A stretch of 64,000 nucleotides of DNA, taken from NCBI GenBank assembly GCA_963733295.1, contig CAVTCS010000003.1, positions 1,440,001 through 1,504,000 on the forward strand, given 5' to 3'. A program made the translations under genes and the position numbers. Below the pieces are notes generated by a model that worked only from the letters and a program-made list of their open reading frames with translations, had not been told where the DNA came from and made no database searches. Of the stretch, positions 36,487 to 47,812 are shown piece after piece; positions within the stretch are counted from its first letter, which is position 1; each line of letters starts with the position of its first letter. This DNA is from Vulcanimicrobiota bacterium (lineage in GTDB: Bacteria > Vulcanimicrobiota > Vulcanimicrobiia > Vulcanimicrobiales > Vulcanimicrobiaceae).

Positions 36487-37509
36487 ATGCTGCTTCTCGG
36501 AATCGAGACGTCGTGCGACGACACGGCGACGGCCGTTGTGCGCGATGCGCGCGACGCACTCTCGAACGTCTCGACGAACCAAGACGAATTTCACGCGAAA
36601 TTCGGCGGAATCGTGCCCGAGATCGCGAGCCGGCAGCACGTGGCCTTGCTCAGCGCCGCGGTACAGGACGCGCTCGAGCGCGCCGGCGTCGAGCTAGCCG
36701 CAATCGACGGCATCGCGGTGACGGCCGGCCCAGGTTTGATCGGGAGCCTCGTCGTCGGCGTCGCCTCAGCCAAAGCGCTCGCCGTCGCGGCGAAGAAACC
36801 CCTTTACGCGATCAATCACCTGCACGGTCACTTGTTCGCGCCGTTCATCGACTCGGGAGTCGAGCCGGAATATCCGTTCCTCGCGCTGCTCGTCTCGGGC
36901 GGCCACTCGCAACTCGTGCACGTGGCGGGGCCGAATGCGCTGCGCGTCATCGGACGCACGCGCGACGACGCCGCGGGCGAAGCGTTCGACAAGACGGCGC
37001 GGCTGCTGGGTCTTCCGTTTCCGGGCGGCCCGGCGATCGACCGGCTAGCGCGAGAGGGCGATCCGTCCGCTTACACTTTCCCGCGCAACCGGCCCGACGC
37101 GGGCTCGCTCGACATGTCGTTCTCAGGCCTCAAGACTGCGGTCAAGTATTTCCTCGACTCGCCGGCCGGTGCGGCGGCTCGCCCGGCCGACGTCGCGGCC
37201 GCGTTCCAAGCCGCGGTCGTCGACGTGCTGATCGATCGCCTCGAGCGAGCGATCCATGCGGAACCGTACCGGATGGCGGTCCTCTCGGGCGGGGTCGCGG
37301 CCAACTCGGTCCTGCAGGCGGCCTTCGGCGCCTGGGCCGGCCGGCGCGGGCTTCCCGCGGCGATTCCGCACCTCCGCTACTGTACCGACAACGCTGCGAT
37401 GATCGCAGCCGCTGCCGAGCGGCAAGGTGAGATCCGCTTGGCCGACCCGCGCAAGCTCAGCGCCGACCCGAACTTGCCCTTCGAACAACTCCGCCCGATC
37501 GCATCCTAG
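36487..37509 (+). CDS. tsaD: tRNA N6-adenosine threonylcarbamoyltransferase
   Basis: LGIETSCDDT, GGIVPEIASRQH, HLHGH, VSGGHS, DDAAGEAFDK and CTDNAAMI. Confidence 0.97.
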   Translation: MLLLGIETSCDDTATAVVRDARDALSNVSTNQDEFHAKFGGIVPEIASRQHVALLSAAVQDALERAGVELAAIDGIAVTAGPGLIGSLVVGVASAKALAVAAKKPLYAINHLHGHLFAPFIDSGVEPEYPFLALLVSGGHSQLVHVAGPNALRVIGRTRDDAAGEAFDKTARLLGLPFPGGPAIDRLAREGDPSAYTFPRNRPDAGSLDMSFSGLKTAVKYFLDSPAGAAARPADVAAAFQAAVVDVLIDRLERAIHAEPYRMAVLSGGVAANSVLQAAFGAWAGRRGLPAAIPHLRYCTDNAAMIAAAAERQGEIRLADPRKLSADPNLPFEQLRPIAS

Positions 37510-37587
37510 GGCCGGGCTCCCGCGAGGCGCGAGGGCGCGGACATTCCACAATTTCGCGACGAAGCGCCTGTGGAAGGTGTGGAGAGT

Positions 37588-38211
37588 TCAGGCCTTCGAT
37601 GCGACCCAGAGCCGGATCGCTTCACCCAGGACCTCGTGCTCCAGCGCATGCAGCCGGCGTTCGAGCGCGTCGCGACTCTCCTCGTGTCCGATCCGTAGCG
37701 GCGCACGCGCGAGCACGTCGCCCCGGTCGACCGACACGCCGACTCGATGGACGCTGGCCCCTATCCAATCGCTATGGGCCTGCAGCGCGTCGTCGAGCGC
37801 GTGGGCACCCCGGAACGCTGCGCCTTCGCTGCCGTCAGGAAACCGGACGACGTTAGCCCGAGGGTCGAGCGGCAAGAAGGCCGGGTGCAGGTTGAGCGCT
37901 TCGGGGAAACGCTCGATGAACGAGGGCGGCAAGACGTGCATCCAGCCCAGCAGCAAAATGAGCTCCGGCTGGGTTGCGGCGACGGCCTCGGTGAGCCTGG
38001 CGTCGTAGGCGACGCGGGACTCCGCGGGCCGCTCCCAGGCCACGACCTCGGCGCGTACGCCGAGCCGGCGCGCCCGCTCCAGCACCCCGGCCTGGGCCCG
38101 GTTTGCGATCAGGGCGGTGACTTCAAGGGGCACCGAACCTTCCCGCGAGGCCTTAACGACCGCTTCGAAATTGCTCCCATTGCCCGAGGCCAGAACCGTG
38201 GCGCGTCTCAA
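37588..38211 (-). CDS. purN: Phosphoribosylglycinamide formyltransferase
   Basis: VLASGNGSNFEA, LLGWMHVL, LNLHPAFLP and GASVHRV...DRG. TTG start overlaps the purM stop. Confidence 0.9.
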   Translation of the reverse strand: MRRATVLASGNGSNFEAVVKASREGSVPLEVTALIANRAQAGVLERARRLGVRAEVVAWERPAESRVAYDARLTEAVAATQPELILLLGWMHVLPPSFIERFPEALNLHPAFLPLDPRANVVRFPDGSEGAAFRGAHALDDALQAHSDWIGASVHRVGVSVDRGDVLARAPLRIGHEESRDALERRLHALEHEVLGEAIRLWVASKA

Positions 38212-39278
38212 GCGCGGGGCGGCTCGACGACGACCGCCGCCTCCCCCTCCCTGCGTTCCTCGACCCAGCCGACGACCTTGGCTCCAGGCGCCGCGGCCAG
38301 GGCGCGGTCGACGTCGCCGAGCGGCACGACGAGCGTATAGCCCACGCCCATATTGAAGACGCGGTAGCGCTCCTCGTGCGTCAGGTTTCCCCGCCGGACC
38401 AGCTCCGCCTCGAGCGGCGGCACCGTCCAACGCGACTGTTCGAAGCGCGCCTTGCACGCCGCGGGCAGCGTGCGAGGCACGTTCTCCAGCAAACCGCCTC
38501 CGGTGATATGAGCCATGACCTTCACGTCGGCGACGGTTTGGATCGCGCGAACCGGACGCGCGTACGAAGGGTGTTCGGCCAAAAGCGCGTCGGCGAAGGT
38601 CGCCTCCGGGCCGGCGGCGGGAAAGGGCGCAAGCCAGTCGGCCTCAGCGATCAGTTCGCGGGCGAGGCTGTAACCGTTGGTGTGCAGTCCAATGGCCGGC
38701 AGACCCAGGATCGCGTCTCCGGGTACCACTCGCAGCGGGTCGGGAACCTCGTCCAAAGCGACGATTCCGACGATCGTGCCGGCCAGGTCAAAGTCGCCGC
38801 TCTTGTAGAGCCCCGGCATTTCGGCGGTTTCGCCGCCGAGCAGCGCGCAGTCGTTTGCGCGGCAAGCCGACTGGATGCCGGCCACGATCGCCGCCGCAAC
38901 CTCCGGTTCTAACTTTCCAACCGCAAGGTAATCCAAGAAGAAAAGCGGCGTGGCGTTGACGACCAAAATGTCGTTCACGCAGTGGTTCACAAGGTCGGCG
39001 CCCACGCTTCCGTAGCGGCGCAGACGCGCGGCGATGAGAATCTTCGTGCCGACCCCGTCGCTCGAGGCGGCCAACGCTTTGCGCGGGTCGCCCGGCAACT
39101 CGAAGAGACCGCTGAAACCGCCGATACCGCCCAGCTGTTTGGGGTGACGCCACCCCGCGGTAATCTCACGATAGCGGGAAACCGCTTCGTTGCCAGCCGC
39201 GATGTCGACGCCGGAGTGTGAGTAAGCGTCGCGCAGGGGCGCTTTCTCGTCGCGCAGTAAGCCGTCCGAATCGTTCAT
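38208..39278 (-). CDS. purM: AIR synthetase
   Basis: YSHSGVDI, DGVGTK, GGETAEMPG, GLHTNGYSL, HITGGG and FNMGVG. Confidence 0.97.
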   Translation of the reverse strand: MNDSDGLLRDEKAPLRDAYSHSGVDIAAGNEAVSRYREITAGWRHPKQLGGIGGFSGLFELPGDPRKALAASSDGVGTKILIAARLRRYGSVGADLVNHCVNDILVVNATPLFFLDYLAVGKLEPEVAAAIVAGIQSACRANDCALLGGETAEMPGLYKSGDFDLAGTIVGIVALDEVPDPLRVVPGDAILGLPAIGLHTNGYSLARELIAEADWLAPFPAAGPEATFADALLAEHPSYARPVRAIQTVADVKVMAHITGGGLLENVPRTLPAACKARFEQSRWTVPPLEAELVRRGNLTHEERYRVFNMGVGYTLVVPLGDVDRALAAAPGAKVVGWVEERREGEAAVVVEPPRA

Positions 39279-39312
39279 CGCAGGTAGCGGTTCAACTCAC
39301 CGAAAGGTTCTC

Positions 39313-40866
39313 ATGCAGGTAACGGTCTCGCCGGGCTCCGCCCGCACTCTCCACTCGGGCGCCCTGGTCGTTCCGGTCTTCTCGGACGGCAAGCTCGACG
39401 GCGCGGCCGAAGTCGCCGACAAAGAACTCGGCGGCGCGCTGGCCGACGTCTTAGCGGCCAAAGAGATCACTGGGGCGGCGAACGAGGTGGCGTTGTTGCG
39501 CGCGGCGGACCTCGGCACCAAACGCGTGCTGGCGGTCGGTCTCGGCGATCGCGCCAAATTCGAACCAAACGCGCTGGTGAAGTACGCGGGGACCGCGGTC
39601 CGCTATCTGGGCAAGCGCAACGTGCACGACATCGCAATCACCTTGCCGCTCGAAGCGCAACATCATTCGCACGACGCCGCAGGCTTTATCGTCGAAGGTG
39701 CAATCGCCGGGACGATCGACACCACGACATATCGCACCGAGCCCGACAAGCCGATCGTCATCGAAGCCTTGACCATCGTCGGCAACGCCGGTTCGCACGA
39801 GTTCGATCGCAGCGCCCTCGAAGCCGGCGCGAAACACGGACGCATCTTGGGCGAAGCGATCAACTTCGCGCGCACGCTCGCCCTGACGCCGGCGAACGAC
39901 ATGACGCCGACGCACCTCGCGAAGGCGGCCCAAACCATCGCCAAGGAGAACGGGCTCGAGTTTCACTCGCTCGACGAAGCCGAGATGGAACGTAAGGGCA
40001 TGGGATCGATCTTGGGTGTCTCGCGTGGCAGCGACGAACCGGCTGCGATGATCGTGCTGCGCTACAACGGGGATCCCGGCAACAAAGAGGTTCTGGGGTT
40101 CGTCGGCAAAGGCTTGACTTTCGATTCCGGCGGAATCTCGATCAAGCCGGCCGAGAACATGCACGAGATGAAGTACGACATGAGCGGTGGCGCCGGCGTG
40201 ATTGCCGCGCTGGGCGCGATCGCGCAGCTCAAACTCAAGCTGAACGTCATCGGCGTCGTTCCGGCAAGCGAGAATCTGCCGGGGCATCGCGCCATGAAAC
40301 CGGGCGACATCTTGCGCGCCATGAACGGCAAGACGATCGAGGTCATCAACACCGATGCCGAAGGCCGGCTGATTCTAGCCGACGCGCTTTGCTACGTACG
40401 CGAACTCGGCGCGACGAAGATCGTCGATGCCGCGACGCTCACCGGCGCGATCGTGATCTCGCTCGGGCACGCCGCCAGCGGCACGATCGGAAACGACGAG
40501 GCGTTCACGAAGAACTTCCTGAGCGTCGTCAAGCACACGGCCGAGCGCTATTGGGAATTGCCGCTCTACGACGAGTACGCGCAAGCGGTCAAAAGCGAAA
40601 TCGCCGATCTGCGCAATTCGACCGGGCGCCCCGCTGGAAGTCTCACCGCCGCCGCCTTCCTGCGCAACTTCGTCGACAAGACGCCCTGGATTCACCTCGA
40701 TATCGCCGGTACCGCGTACCTCGACAGCGAGTCGGCGTATCAAGCGAAAGGTCCGACGGGGACGCCGGTCCGCGCCTTCGTCGCACTAGCCGAAGATCTC
40801 GCGCGCGGAGCGGCGCACGCGACCAACGGCGCAGCCCAAGCTGCGGCGGTGAAGCAGGCGCGCTAG
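39313..40866 (+). CDS. pepA: Leucyl aminopeptidase (M17)
   Basis: VGKGLTFDSGG, MKYDMSG, NTDAEGRL, ATLTGA and HLDIAG. Confidence 0.95.
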   Translation: MQVTVSPGSARTLHSGALVVPVFSDGKLDGAAEVADKELGGALADVLAAKEITGAANEVALLRAADLGTKRVLAVGLGDRAKFEPNALVKYAGTAVRYLGKRNVHDIAITLPLEAQHHSHDAAGFIVEGAIAGTIDTTTYRTEPDKPIVIEALTIVGNAGSHEFDRSALEAGAKHGRILGEAINFARTLALTPANDMTPTHLAKAAQTIAKENGLEFHSLDEAEMERKGMGSILGVSRGSDEPAAMIVLRYNGDPGNKEVLGFVGKGLTFDSGGISIKPAENMHEMKYDMSGGAGVIAALGAIAQLKLKLNVIGVVPASENLPGHRAMKPGDILRAMNGKTIEVINTDAEGRLILADALCYVRELGATKIVDAATLTGAIVISLGHAASGTIGNDEAFTKNFLSVVKHTAERYWELPLYDEYAQAVKSEIADLRNSTGRPAGSLTAAAFLRNFVDKTPWIHLDIAGTAYLDSESAYQAKGPTGTPVRAFVALAEDLARGAAHATNGAAQAAAVKQAR

Positions 40867-40876
40867 GCGCGCCCTG

Positions 40877-42334
40877 CTAGTTCCGCGCGATGGTGAGCGG
40901 CGGCGAGGCCTCGCGCGACTCAGGCACTCTCCGCGCATCGTACGTCTCCGGATATTCGCCCGTGAGACAACCGAGGCACATCTCGCCGCGCTTGCGGCCG
41001 GTCGCTTGCAAGAGACTCTCTTTGCTGAGGTATCCGAGGGAATCGGCGCCGATTTTCTCGCGAATCTGTTCGACGTTCAAGTTCGCAGCGATCAGCTCCG
41101 AGCGGGTCGCCATATCTACCCCTAAATAACACGAATCGATGATCGGTGGAGACATGATGCGAACGTGCACTTCGCGCGCCCCCGCATCACGCAAGAGTTT
41201 CACGATACGCGGGGTCGTTGTTGCGCGCACGATCGAATCGTCGACGACGACGACCCGGCGGTCCTTGAGGTTCTCGACGATCGGATTGAATTTCAGTTGC
41301 ACGCCGCGATTCCGCATCGGCTGATCGGGGCTGATGAAGGTTCGCCCGATGTAGCGATTCTTGATCAAACCCTCGACGTAGGGCAGACGCGACTCTTCCG
41401 AAAAGCCGATGCCGCCGGGGATCGCTGAGTCGGGAACCGCCATGACGACGTCGGCTTCTACCGGATGCTCCCGAGCGAGACGCCGCCCCATTTCGACGCG
41501 CGCCATGTAGATCGAACGGCCGTCGAGCACCGAGTCGGGCCGCGCGAAGTAGATATATTCGAACATGCACAGCGCTTGCGGTTTTGGTTTTTTGGTCTTG
41601 TCGACGTGCAGGCCATCGCCGTCGATCCAAACGATCTCGCCCGGCTCGAGCTCACGGATGTACTCTGCGCCCACGGTCGCCAGCGCGCACGATTCTGAGG
41701 CGATGACGTATCCGCCGCCCGGGTTGCGTCCGTAGCAGAGCGGACGAACGCCCCAGGGATCGCGGAAACCGTAGAGCGCCTTCTCCGTCGACATGACGAT
41801 CGAGTACGCGCCTTCGGCTTTGGTCATGACGTGCCGGATGCGACCGACCATGTCGCTTTCCGGCGCCTCGACGATGAGCTTCGCGAAGACTTCGGAATCG
41901 GAGGTCGCTTGCAGCGTCGTGGTCGGCTTGAGCGACGCACGCAACTCCTCGGTATTCGTGAGGTTGCCGTTGTGCGCGAGCGAGATCTCGCCGAGTTCGG
42001 TGTGTTCGAGCAGCGGCTGCGCGTTCACGACGACCGACGAGCCGGTCGTCGAGTAGCGCGTGTGGCCGACCGCAATGTAGCCGGTCAGCTTGCCGAGGAT
42101 CTCCTCGTCGAAGATGCTCGAGATGAGTCCCATCTCGCGGTGGCAGACGATCGAGGCTCCGTCCGAAACGGCGATTCCGGCCGATTCTTGGCCGCGGTGC
42201 TGGAGCGCGTAGAGTCCGAAATATGCCAGCCGCGCGACGTCGTGGCCCGGTGCGTAGATTCCGACGACGCCGCACGCCTCATGGAGGGTGTCGCCGGCCG
42301 GGAGCGAGGCCTCTTCATCGTACGAGCGGGCCAT
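40877..42334 (-). CDS. purF: Amidophosphoribosyltransferase
   Basis: HEACGVVG, LQHRGQE, GHTRYST, HNGNL, CMFEYIYFARPDS and VVDDSIVR. Confidence 0.97.
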   Translation of the reverse strand: MARSYDEEASLPAGDTLHEACGVVGIYAPGHDVARLAYFGLYALQHRGQESAGIAVSDGASIVCHREMGLISSIFDEEILGKLTGYIAVGHTRYSTTGSSVVVNAQPLLEHTELGEISLAHNGNLTNTEELRASLKPTTTLQATSDSEVFAKLIVEAPESDMVGRIRHVMTKAEGAYSIVMSTEKALYGFRDPWGVRPLCYGRNPGGGYVIASESCALATVGAEYIRELEPGEIVWIDGDGLHVDKTKKPKPQALCMFEYIYFARPDSVLDGRSIYMARVEMGRRLAREHPVEADVVMAVPDSAIPGGIGFSEESRLPYVEGLIKNRYIGRTFISPDQPMRNRGVQLKFNPIVENLKDRRVVVVDDSIVRATTTPRIVKLLRDAGAREVHVRIMSPPIIDSCYLGVDMATRSELIAANLNVEQIREKIGADSLGYLSKESLLQATGRKRGEMCLGCLTGEYPETYDARRVPESREASPPLTIARN

Positions 42335-42376
42335 CTCTTCTCCATTCTCCGCCCGCGGGCCAAACCCCCAGCAGAC

Positions 42377-43045
42377 TCAATCCCGGCCGCGTCCGCCGAA
42401 AATGCGCAAAAGCGCGAGGAAAATGTTGATCGCGTCGAGGTAGATCGACGTTGCGAGCTGCACCGCGCTGGCGCCGCTGCCGCCCGCGCGGATCCGCGCG
42501 AAATCGACCAGCACCAGCACGGAGAAAACGATGAGCGTCAACCACGAGTACGCCGTGGGCGACATGAAGTGCCAAAAGATCGAAACGAAGCCGGCGATGA
42601 CCAGCACGATTAAGGCGGCATACGCCCAGCCGGCGAGCCTACGATAGTCGAAGCTCGTCAGGTAAACGATCGCCGCAAGCGTGAGCATGCCGAGCCCCGT
42701 CGTGGACGCGGCGTTGACGACGGTTGCCGGACCATCGACGCGCGCGTAGTTGGCGACGATCGGTCCGATCGCAACGCCTTCGATTCCCGTGAAGATGTAG
42801 AAAAGCGCCAGCGAGAGCGCCTGATTGGCGCGCGTGAAATTGAGCGCGATCAACGGCACGAAGCCGACGATGGCGGCCACGAGGCTCACCCCGTACGGCA
42901 CGTCGCGGACCAAATAGGCCGCCACGCTCGTAATCAGAAATCCGACGCCGGTGATGCCTAAGACCTGACCGAGCAGCGCGCCGGTGGGAACCGCGGTCGC
43001 ACCGAGCGCGGGAGCCTGATAGCGCGGTGACTGTGACTGAAACAT
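42377..43045 (-). CDS. Bax inhibitor-1/YccA family membrane protein
   Basis: About seven TM helices; C-terminal ATSIYLDAINIFLALLRIFG. Confidence 0.9.
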   Translation of the reverse strand: MFQSQSPRYQAPALGATAVPTGALLGQVLGITGVGFLITSVAAYLVRDVPYGVSLVAAIVGFVPLIALNFTRANQALSLALFYIFTGIEGVAIGPIVANYARVDGPATVVNAASTTGLGMLTLAAIVYLTSFDYRRLAGWAYAALIVLVIAGFVSIFWHFMSPTAYSWLTLIVFSVLVLVDFARIRAGGSGASAVQLATSIYLDAINIFLALLRIFGGRGRD

Positions 43046-43089
43046 CGCATCCCCCACGACCCGCTTCGCGCGGTCCGAGTTTCGAAGGG

Positions 43090-44370
43090 TTAGATCGAGA
43101 TCGTCGCCGGCCTCGCGATATCGCTGCGATAGCTAAGCACCCCGGGGCCAAACCGGCCCGCCAGCTCGCCGACCGCCGCGTAGACGCGCTCGCGCGCGGC
43201 GGAAAGGTTCGGCCCGAGCGCGGTCACCGTCACGACGCGGCCGCCGGGAGAGTCGACGACGTTGCCGCGCCGGGACGAACCACCCCAAAATGCCACGCAG
43301 CCCTCATCCAGGCGCAGATCTCCGGGCAGATCGCGCAGCGGCGTCGAGGTGCGCGGATAGTCGGGCGTCGCGAGAACGACGCCGGCACACGCCTCGGCGC
43401 TCAGCGACGCAACGCCGAGGTCGAGGCGCCCGTCGGCCGCGTTCGCCAGCAATTGTGCGAAATCGCCGCGCACTCGCGGCATTAAAACCTGCGTCTCGGG
43501 ATCGCCGAAGCGCACGTTGAACTCGATGACGGACGGCCCTTCTGCGGTCCACATCAGGCCGCAATACAAGACGCCCACGTAGCGTTCGCCTTCAGCGGCA
43601 AGGCCGCGCGCGACCGGATCGAGCACGCGCGCGCGCACCGTGTCGAGCAGCGCGTCGGGAAATCCCGCGGGCGGCGAGTACGCACCCATGCCGCCGGTGT
43701 TCGGTCCGCTGTCGCCGTCGCCGGCCCGCTTGTAATCGCAAGCTGCGCCGAACGGTTCGAACGTGCGACCGTCGCCGAGCGCGAAGACGCTGACCTCGCG
43801 CCCCTCCAGCTTTTCCTCGAGCAGCACGTCGCTACCGCCGCCCGGAACTCCCGAAGCACCATACCAGTCGCGAAGCACGGCCAGTGCCTGCGCCGCGTCG
43901 TCGGCCACGACGACCCCTTTGCCGGCCGCGAGTCCGTCGGCTTTGACGACGCATCCGCCGGCCCAGTCGGCCAGCGCGCGTTCGGCATTTGAAAGCGAAC
44001 GAACGACCCGGCCGCGCGCCGTCGGAATGCGATGGCGCTCGAGAAAGCGCTTGGCGAAGATCTTGCTCGATTCCAACCGCCCGGCGGAGCGGCTCGGGCC
44101 AAACGTGCGAATCCGCGCCTCGCGAAAACGGTCTCCGACGCCTGACGCGATCGCCGTTTCGGGTCCGAGCACGACCAGGTCGATCTGCGCGTCCAGTGCG
44201 CGCGCGACGAGCGATTTACCGTCGGTTGCGGGAATCGGCCAGTTCTCACCGCGCAGCGCCGTGCCCGCGTTTCCGGGTGAAGCGAACATGGCGCTACACG
44301 ACGGCGATGCCGCTAAACGCCACGAGAGTGCGTCTTCGCGTGCTCCGCTACCGACGACCAGAATTTTCAC
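43090..44370 (-). CDS. purD: Phosphoribosylamine--glycine ligase
   Basis: MKILVVGSGARE, LESSKIFAK, KADGLAAGKGV, GPNTGGMG and EFNVRFGDPE. Confidence 0.97.
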   Translation of the reverse strand: MKILVVGSGAREDALSWRLAASPSCSAMFASPGNAGTALRGENWPIPATDGKSLVARALDAQIDLVVLGPETAIASGVGDRFREARIRTFGPSRSAGRLESSKIFAKRFLERHRIPTARGRVVRSLSNAERALADWAGGCVVKADGLAAGKGVVVADDAAQALAVLRDWYGASGVPGGGSDVLLEEKLEGREVSVFALGDGRTFEPFGAACDYKRAGDGDSGPNTGGMGAYSPPAGFPDALLDTVRARVLDPVARGLAAEGERYVGVLYCGLMWTAEGPSVIEFNVRFGDPETQVLMPRVRGDFAQLLANAADGRLDLGVASLSAEACAGVVLATPDYPRTSTPLRDLPGDLRLDEGCVAFWGGSSRRGNVVDSPGGRVVTVTALGPNLSAARERVYAAVGELAGRFGPGVLSYRSDIARPATISI

Positions 44371-44392
44371 GAAAGGGCAGCGGCGACGGGGT

Positions 44393-45964
44393 TCACTCCC
44401 ACTCGACCGTCGCGGGAGGCTTGGAGGTGATGTCGTAGGCGACGCGATTCACGCCCGGCACTTCGTTGACGATGCGCGTGCTGATGCGCTCGAGCAAGGC
44501 ATGCGGTAAGCGAGCCCAGTCGGCCGTCATTCCGTCTTCGCTGGTAATCGCGCGGACGGCGACCAAGTTCGCGTAGGTCCGGCCGTCGCCCATGACGCCG
44601 ACGCTTTGCAGCGGCGTGAGCACCGCGAAATACTGCCAGGGTCTCGGCGACAGTTCGGCGCGTTCGATTTCCGAGGTGACGATCGCGTCGGCGGCGCGCA
44701 CCGTGTCGAGCCGCTCGGCGGTCACCTCACCCAAGACCCGCACCGCGAGCCCCGGACCGGGAAAGGGCTGGCGTTCGACGATCGCCGAGGGCAGGCCGAG
44801 CACGCGCCCAACTTCGCGAACCTCGTCTTTGAAAAGCGCACGCAGTGGTTCGACGAGGTCGAGCGCCATGTTTTCGGGCAACCCGCCGACGTTGTGGTGC
44901 GACTTGATCTTATGTCCGGCTTTCGAGCCCGGCGTCTTCGATTCGATCACGTCGGGGTAGAGCGTACCTTGCACGAGGAAGCCGACGTCGGGAAGCTTGG
45001 CTGCTTCTTCTTCGAAGATCGCGATGAACTCGTGTCCGATCCGGATGCGCTTCTCTTCTGGATCGATCACGCCGGCTAGGCGTGCCAGGAAACGCTCGCG
45101 TGCGTCGACGCGAACGACGTTCAAGTGCAGCATGTCGCGGAACGCGGCGACCACCGCGTCACCTTCGCCTCGACGCAGCAGTCCCGTATCGACGAAGATG
45201 CAGCACAGCTGCTCGCCGACCGCCCGCGCGACCAGCGTCGCCGCCACGGCGGAATCGACTCCGCCCGACAGGGCGCAGATGACGTGCCGTTCGCCGACCT
45301 GAGCACGGATCTCCGAGACCTTCGCATCGACGAACGACCCCATCTCCCAGCTCGGCGCGATGCCCGCCACCTCGTTCAGAAAGTTCGCAATGACGCGCTT
45401 GCCGGCTTCGGTGTGTGCGACCTCGGGATGAAACTGGACGCCGTAGATCCGCCGGCGCGGGTCGCCGAGAGCCGCGACGGCGCAGCGCTCGGTGCGCGCG
45501 AGAATTTCGAAGCCGGGCGGTGCGGCGACGACCGTGTCGCCGTGCGACATCCAGGCCCGCGTGCGCTGCGGAACCCCGTTTAAGAGTGGTGAATCGTGCG
45601 TTATCTCGAGTTCGGCCGGCCCGAATTCCGAATAGGTCGAGCGCGCGAGCTCGCCCTTGAGATCGCGCGCGATCAACTGCATACCGTAACAGATTCCGAG
45701 GATCGGAACTCCCGAGTTCCAGAGCGCCGGATCGACGCCCAACGCGGCCGGTTCGAGCGTGCTCTCGGGGCCGCCGGTCAGAATGACCGCGGCCGGCTCG
45801 AGTGCCGCGATTTGAGTCCACGGCGCGTCGTGCGGCAGGATCTCCGAGTACACGCGCGCTTCGCGCGCGCGGCGCGCGATCAGCTGGCTATACTGCGCGC
45901 CGAAATCGAGAATGACGACGGTCGCCGGACGCGTCCGCGGCACTGCTTGGGGACTCACGGCCAT
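44393..45964 (-). CDS. guaA: GMP synthase (glutamine-hydrolysing)
   Basis: [35 protein letters not shown] and KPPATVEWE. Confidence 0.97.
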   Translation of the reverse strand: MAVSPQAVPRTRPATVVILDFGAQYSQLIARRAREARVYSEILPHDAPWTQIAALEPAAVILTGGPESTLEPAALGVDPALWNSGVPILGICYGMQLIARDLKGELARSTYSEFGPAELEITHDSPLLNGVPQRTRAWMSHGDTVVAAPPGFEILARTERCAVAALGDPRRRIYGVQFHPEVAHTEAGKRVIANFLNEVAGIAPSWEMGSFVDAKVSEIRAQVGERHVICALSGGVDSAVAATLVARAVGEQLCCIFVDTGLLRRGEGDAVVAAFRDMLHLNVVRVDARERFLARLAGVIDPEEKRIRIGHEFIAIFEEEAAKLPDVGFLVQGTLYPDVIESKTPGSKAGHKIKSHHNVGGLPENMALDLVEPLRALFKDEVREVGRVLGLPSAIVERQPFPGPGLAVRVLGEVTAERLDTVRAADAIVTSEIERAELSPRPWQYFAVLTPLQSVGVMGDGRTYANLVAVRAITSEDGMTADWARLPHALLERISTRIVNEVPGVNRVAYDITSKPPATVEWE

Positions 45965-46040
45965 CTGCCACCGCTTCTCGCCGTGCAGGAGCGGCACCCC
46001 CGCGCGACGCTCGAGCGACGGCGGGGATGCCCGGATCGAA

Positions 46041-46613
46041 TTACTTTACGAGCGCCGCGAACGGCAGGTTACGAACCTTCTTGTACAGCGCCGGGTCGTT
46101 CTGAACGAACAGCGAGTCGGCTTTGATAATCGAACCGTCGGTATTGAAGTAGGCTTGACGCGCATGGACCGTGTCATCGAGACCGGGCAAGGTTCCGGCC
46201 TGGCGCGCGCGCGCGAGCGTTCCGTCGGAACGGAAACAAAGCTGCGTCGCGCGTTCCGCGCCCGACGCGTTGAACGTGGCCCAGCGGACCCACTGCAAAT
46301 TTCCGGACTGCTTCCACGCCTGCGCGTAGGTGATCGACGAATGCGTGTGTTCGACGCTCGACTTGTGCGCTGCGTCAACGACCGCCCACGTCGAACCCTT
46401 GACGCTCGCGACCTCGGTCGGCGTCGTAGTGGTGAGGACCTGTTTGAAGACCGCGCAATTCGCGTCGATGCGCTTGACCAAAAGCTCGGGTGATACCATG
46501 TTCGCGGGCGTCAGGGGCTTGGTGGTCATTTGTGCCATTTGAGCCTGAGCCGGCAGGGTCATCGCGATCCCGAAGCCGGCCAGCAGCGTTGGAAGAGTGC
46601 GCCAAGAAAACAT
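46041..46613 (-). CDS. Hypothetical secreted protein
   Basis: Signal peptide (AQA), GGAGG RBS, co-oriented with the pur operon. Confidence 0.65.
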   Translation of the reverse strand: MFSWRTLPTLLAGFGIAMTLPAQAQMAQMTTKPLTPANMVSPELLVKRIDANCAVFKQVLTTTTPTEVASVKGSTWAVVDAAHKSSVEHTHSSITYAQAWKQSGNLQWVRWATFNASGAERATQLCFRSDGTLARARQAGTLPGLDDTVHARQAYFNTDGSIIKADSLFVQNDPALYKKVRNLPFAALVK

Positions 46614-46666
46614 CGAGGGGGACCTCCGATTAAACCGTCAGCGGTACGTAGGAAGACGGGCCGCCA

Positions 46667-47803
46667 TCACGTAGCGACCTCTCCCAGCCGTTCGGCGTCG
46701 CGCGCCATCACGACCTCCATGGCGATGCGCTCGCCGACCGAAACGTCCCTCCCCCAGCGGTACGCGCTGTAGGGCGTGTAGCGCGTCCCCGGCGAACCTG
46801 GGATCCGCAGCGAAACGTCGTACACGACGAACGCTTTGGGCGGTCCCGCCTCGATGATGCACTGGAGCGCGAAAGGTCCGATCACGCCGGGAGGATTGAG
46901 TTCGCGCGCCGCGCCAACGAAGCGCTCGCCGAGTTCGAAGGCAGGCTCGAGCATCGATTCGGTCAGCGTCGTGGCGATGTGGCCCGCCTCTTCCATGCGC
47001 ACGGGGATGCTCGCGGCGTATGCCAGTTGGGCGGGCGGCAAACCGCGCAAGCCGTCAAGATTGGTTTGGCGCCGAGTATCGGTTCCCAGCAATTCGAGTT
47101 CTTCGAGCAGCGGCGAATAAAAGAAATTCAAGTTGACGCTCGGCCCCAGCGCATATTCCTCGATGCGGGCCGCACGCAGACCTTCGACGGTCAGCATTCC
47201 GGCAGCGCGCAAGCGTTCGGCTTGGGCTTCGTATTCCGCCGCCGAGGAGCACAGGAAGAATGCGCGCTCGAAGCCGATCTGCGCGTGAGCGGCCTTTACC
47301 ATAACCAAACGATCGATGTCGGCCGGTGACGTGAAGACGCGCGGATGGCGGATTCCGGCGCGTGCGAGGAGGGCATACTGATTGTCCGCCTCGGCGCGTT
47401 CCTCGGCGCGCAGCAAGCGACGGTTTCCGAAAAATGGAACGAGCATCTCGGCTTCGATACGATCGTACGAGTAGCGCTCGCGCAGGTAGACTTCGAACGA
47501 ACGGTTCGGAACAAACAGTACGTTGGCCGCGAGCAGCCTTTCTTGCACGTCGGGCAGCAGGATATCGGCAAAGGCATCGAGTTCGAGCGTGCGGGTAACG
47601 CAGCCGCGCTCGGGATCGGAGCGGCGCGCGAAATAGCGTGCGTACGTTTTCTCGCGACCCCGCGCGGTGACGATGAGGCTCTCCAGTCCGCAGCGCAACG
47701 CCCCCTGCGCGACGTCGAGCGCCGAGTGACTGCCGACCGAAGCCAGCGTCAACCGCGCGCGGTCGTAACGCGCGAGCGCGGCGGAGATTCGGGGTTCCGG
47801 CAC
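46667..47803 (-). CDS. PurP-like ATP-grasp protein (DUF1246/DUF1297), divergent paralogue
   Basis: GSHSALDV, VPNRSF, FGNRRLLRAEER, ERAFF, NFFYSPL, DTRRQTNLDG, GPFALQ and DVSLRIPGSPG. Confidence 0.85.
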   Translation of the reverse strand: MPEPRISAALARYDRARLTLASVGSHSALDVAQGALRCGLESLIVTARGREKTYARYFARRSDPERGCVTRTLELDAFADILLPDVQERLLAANVLFVPNRSFEVYLRERYSYDRIEAEMLVPFFGNRRLLRAEERAEADNQYALLARAGIRHPRVFTSPADIDRLVMVKAAHAQIGFERAFFLCSSAAEYEAQAERLRAAGMLTVEGLRAARIEEYALGPSVNLNFFYSPLLEELELLGTDTRRQTNLDGLRGLPPAQLAYAASIPVRMEEAGHIATTLTESMLEPAFELGERFVGAARELNPPGVIGPFALQCIIEAGPPKAFVVYDVSLRIPGSPGTRYTPYSAYRWGRDVSVGERIAMEVVMARDAERLGEVAT

Positions 47804-47812
47804 CGCGAGAGT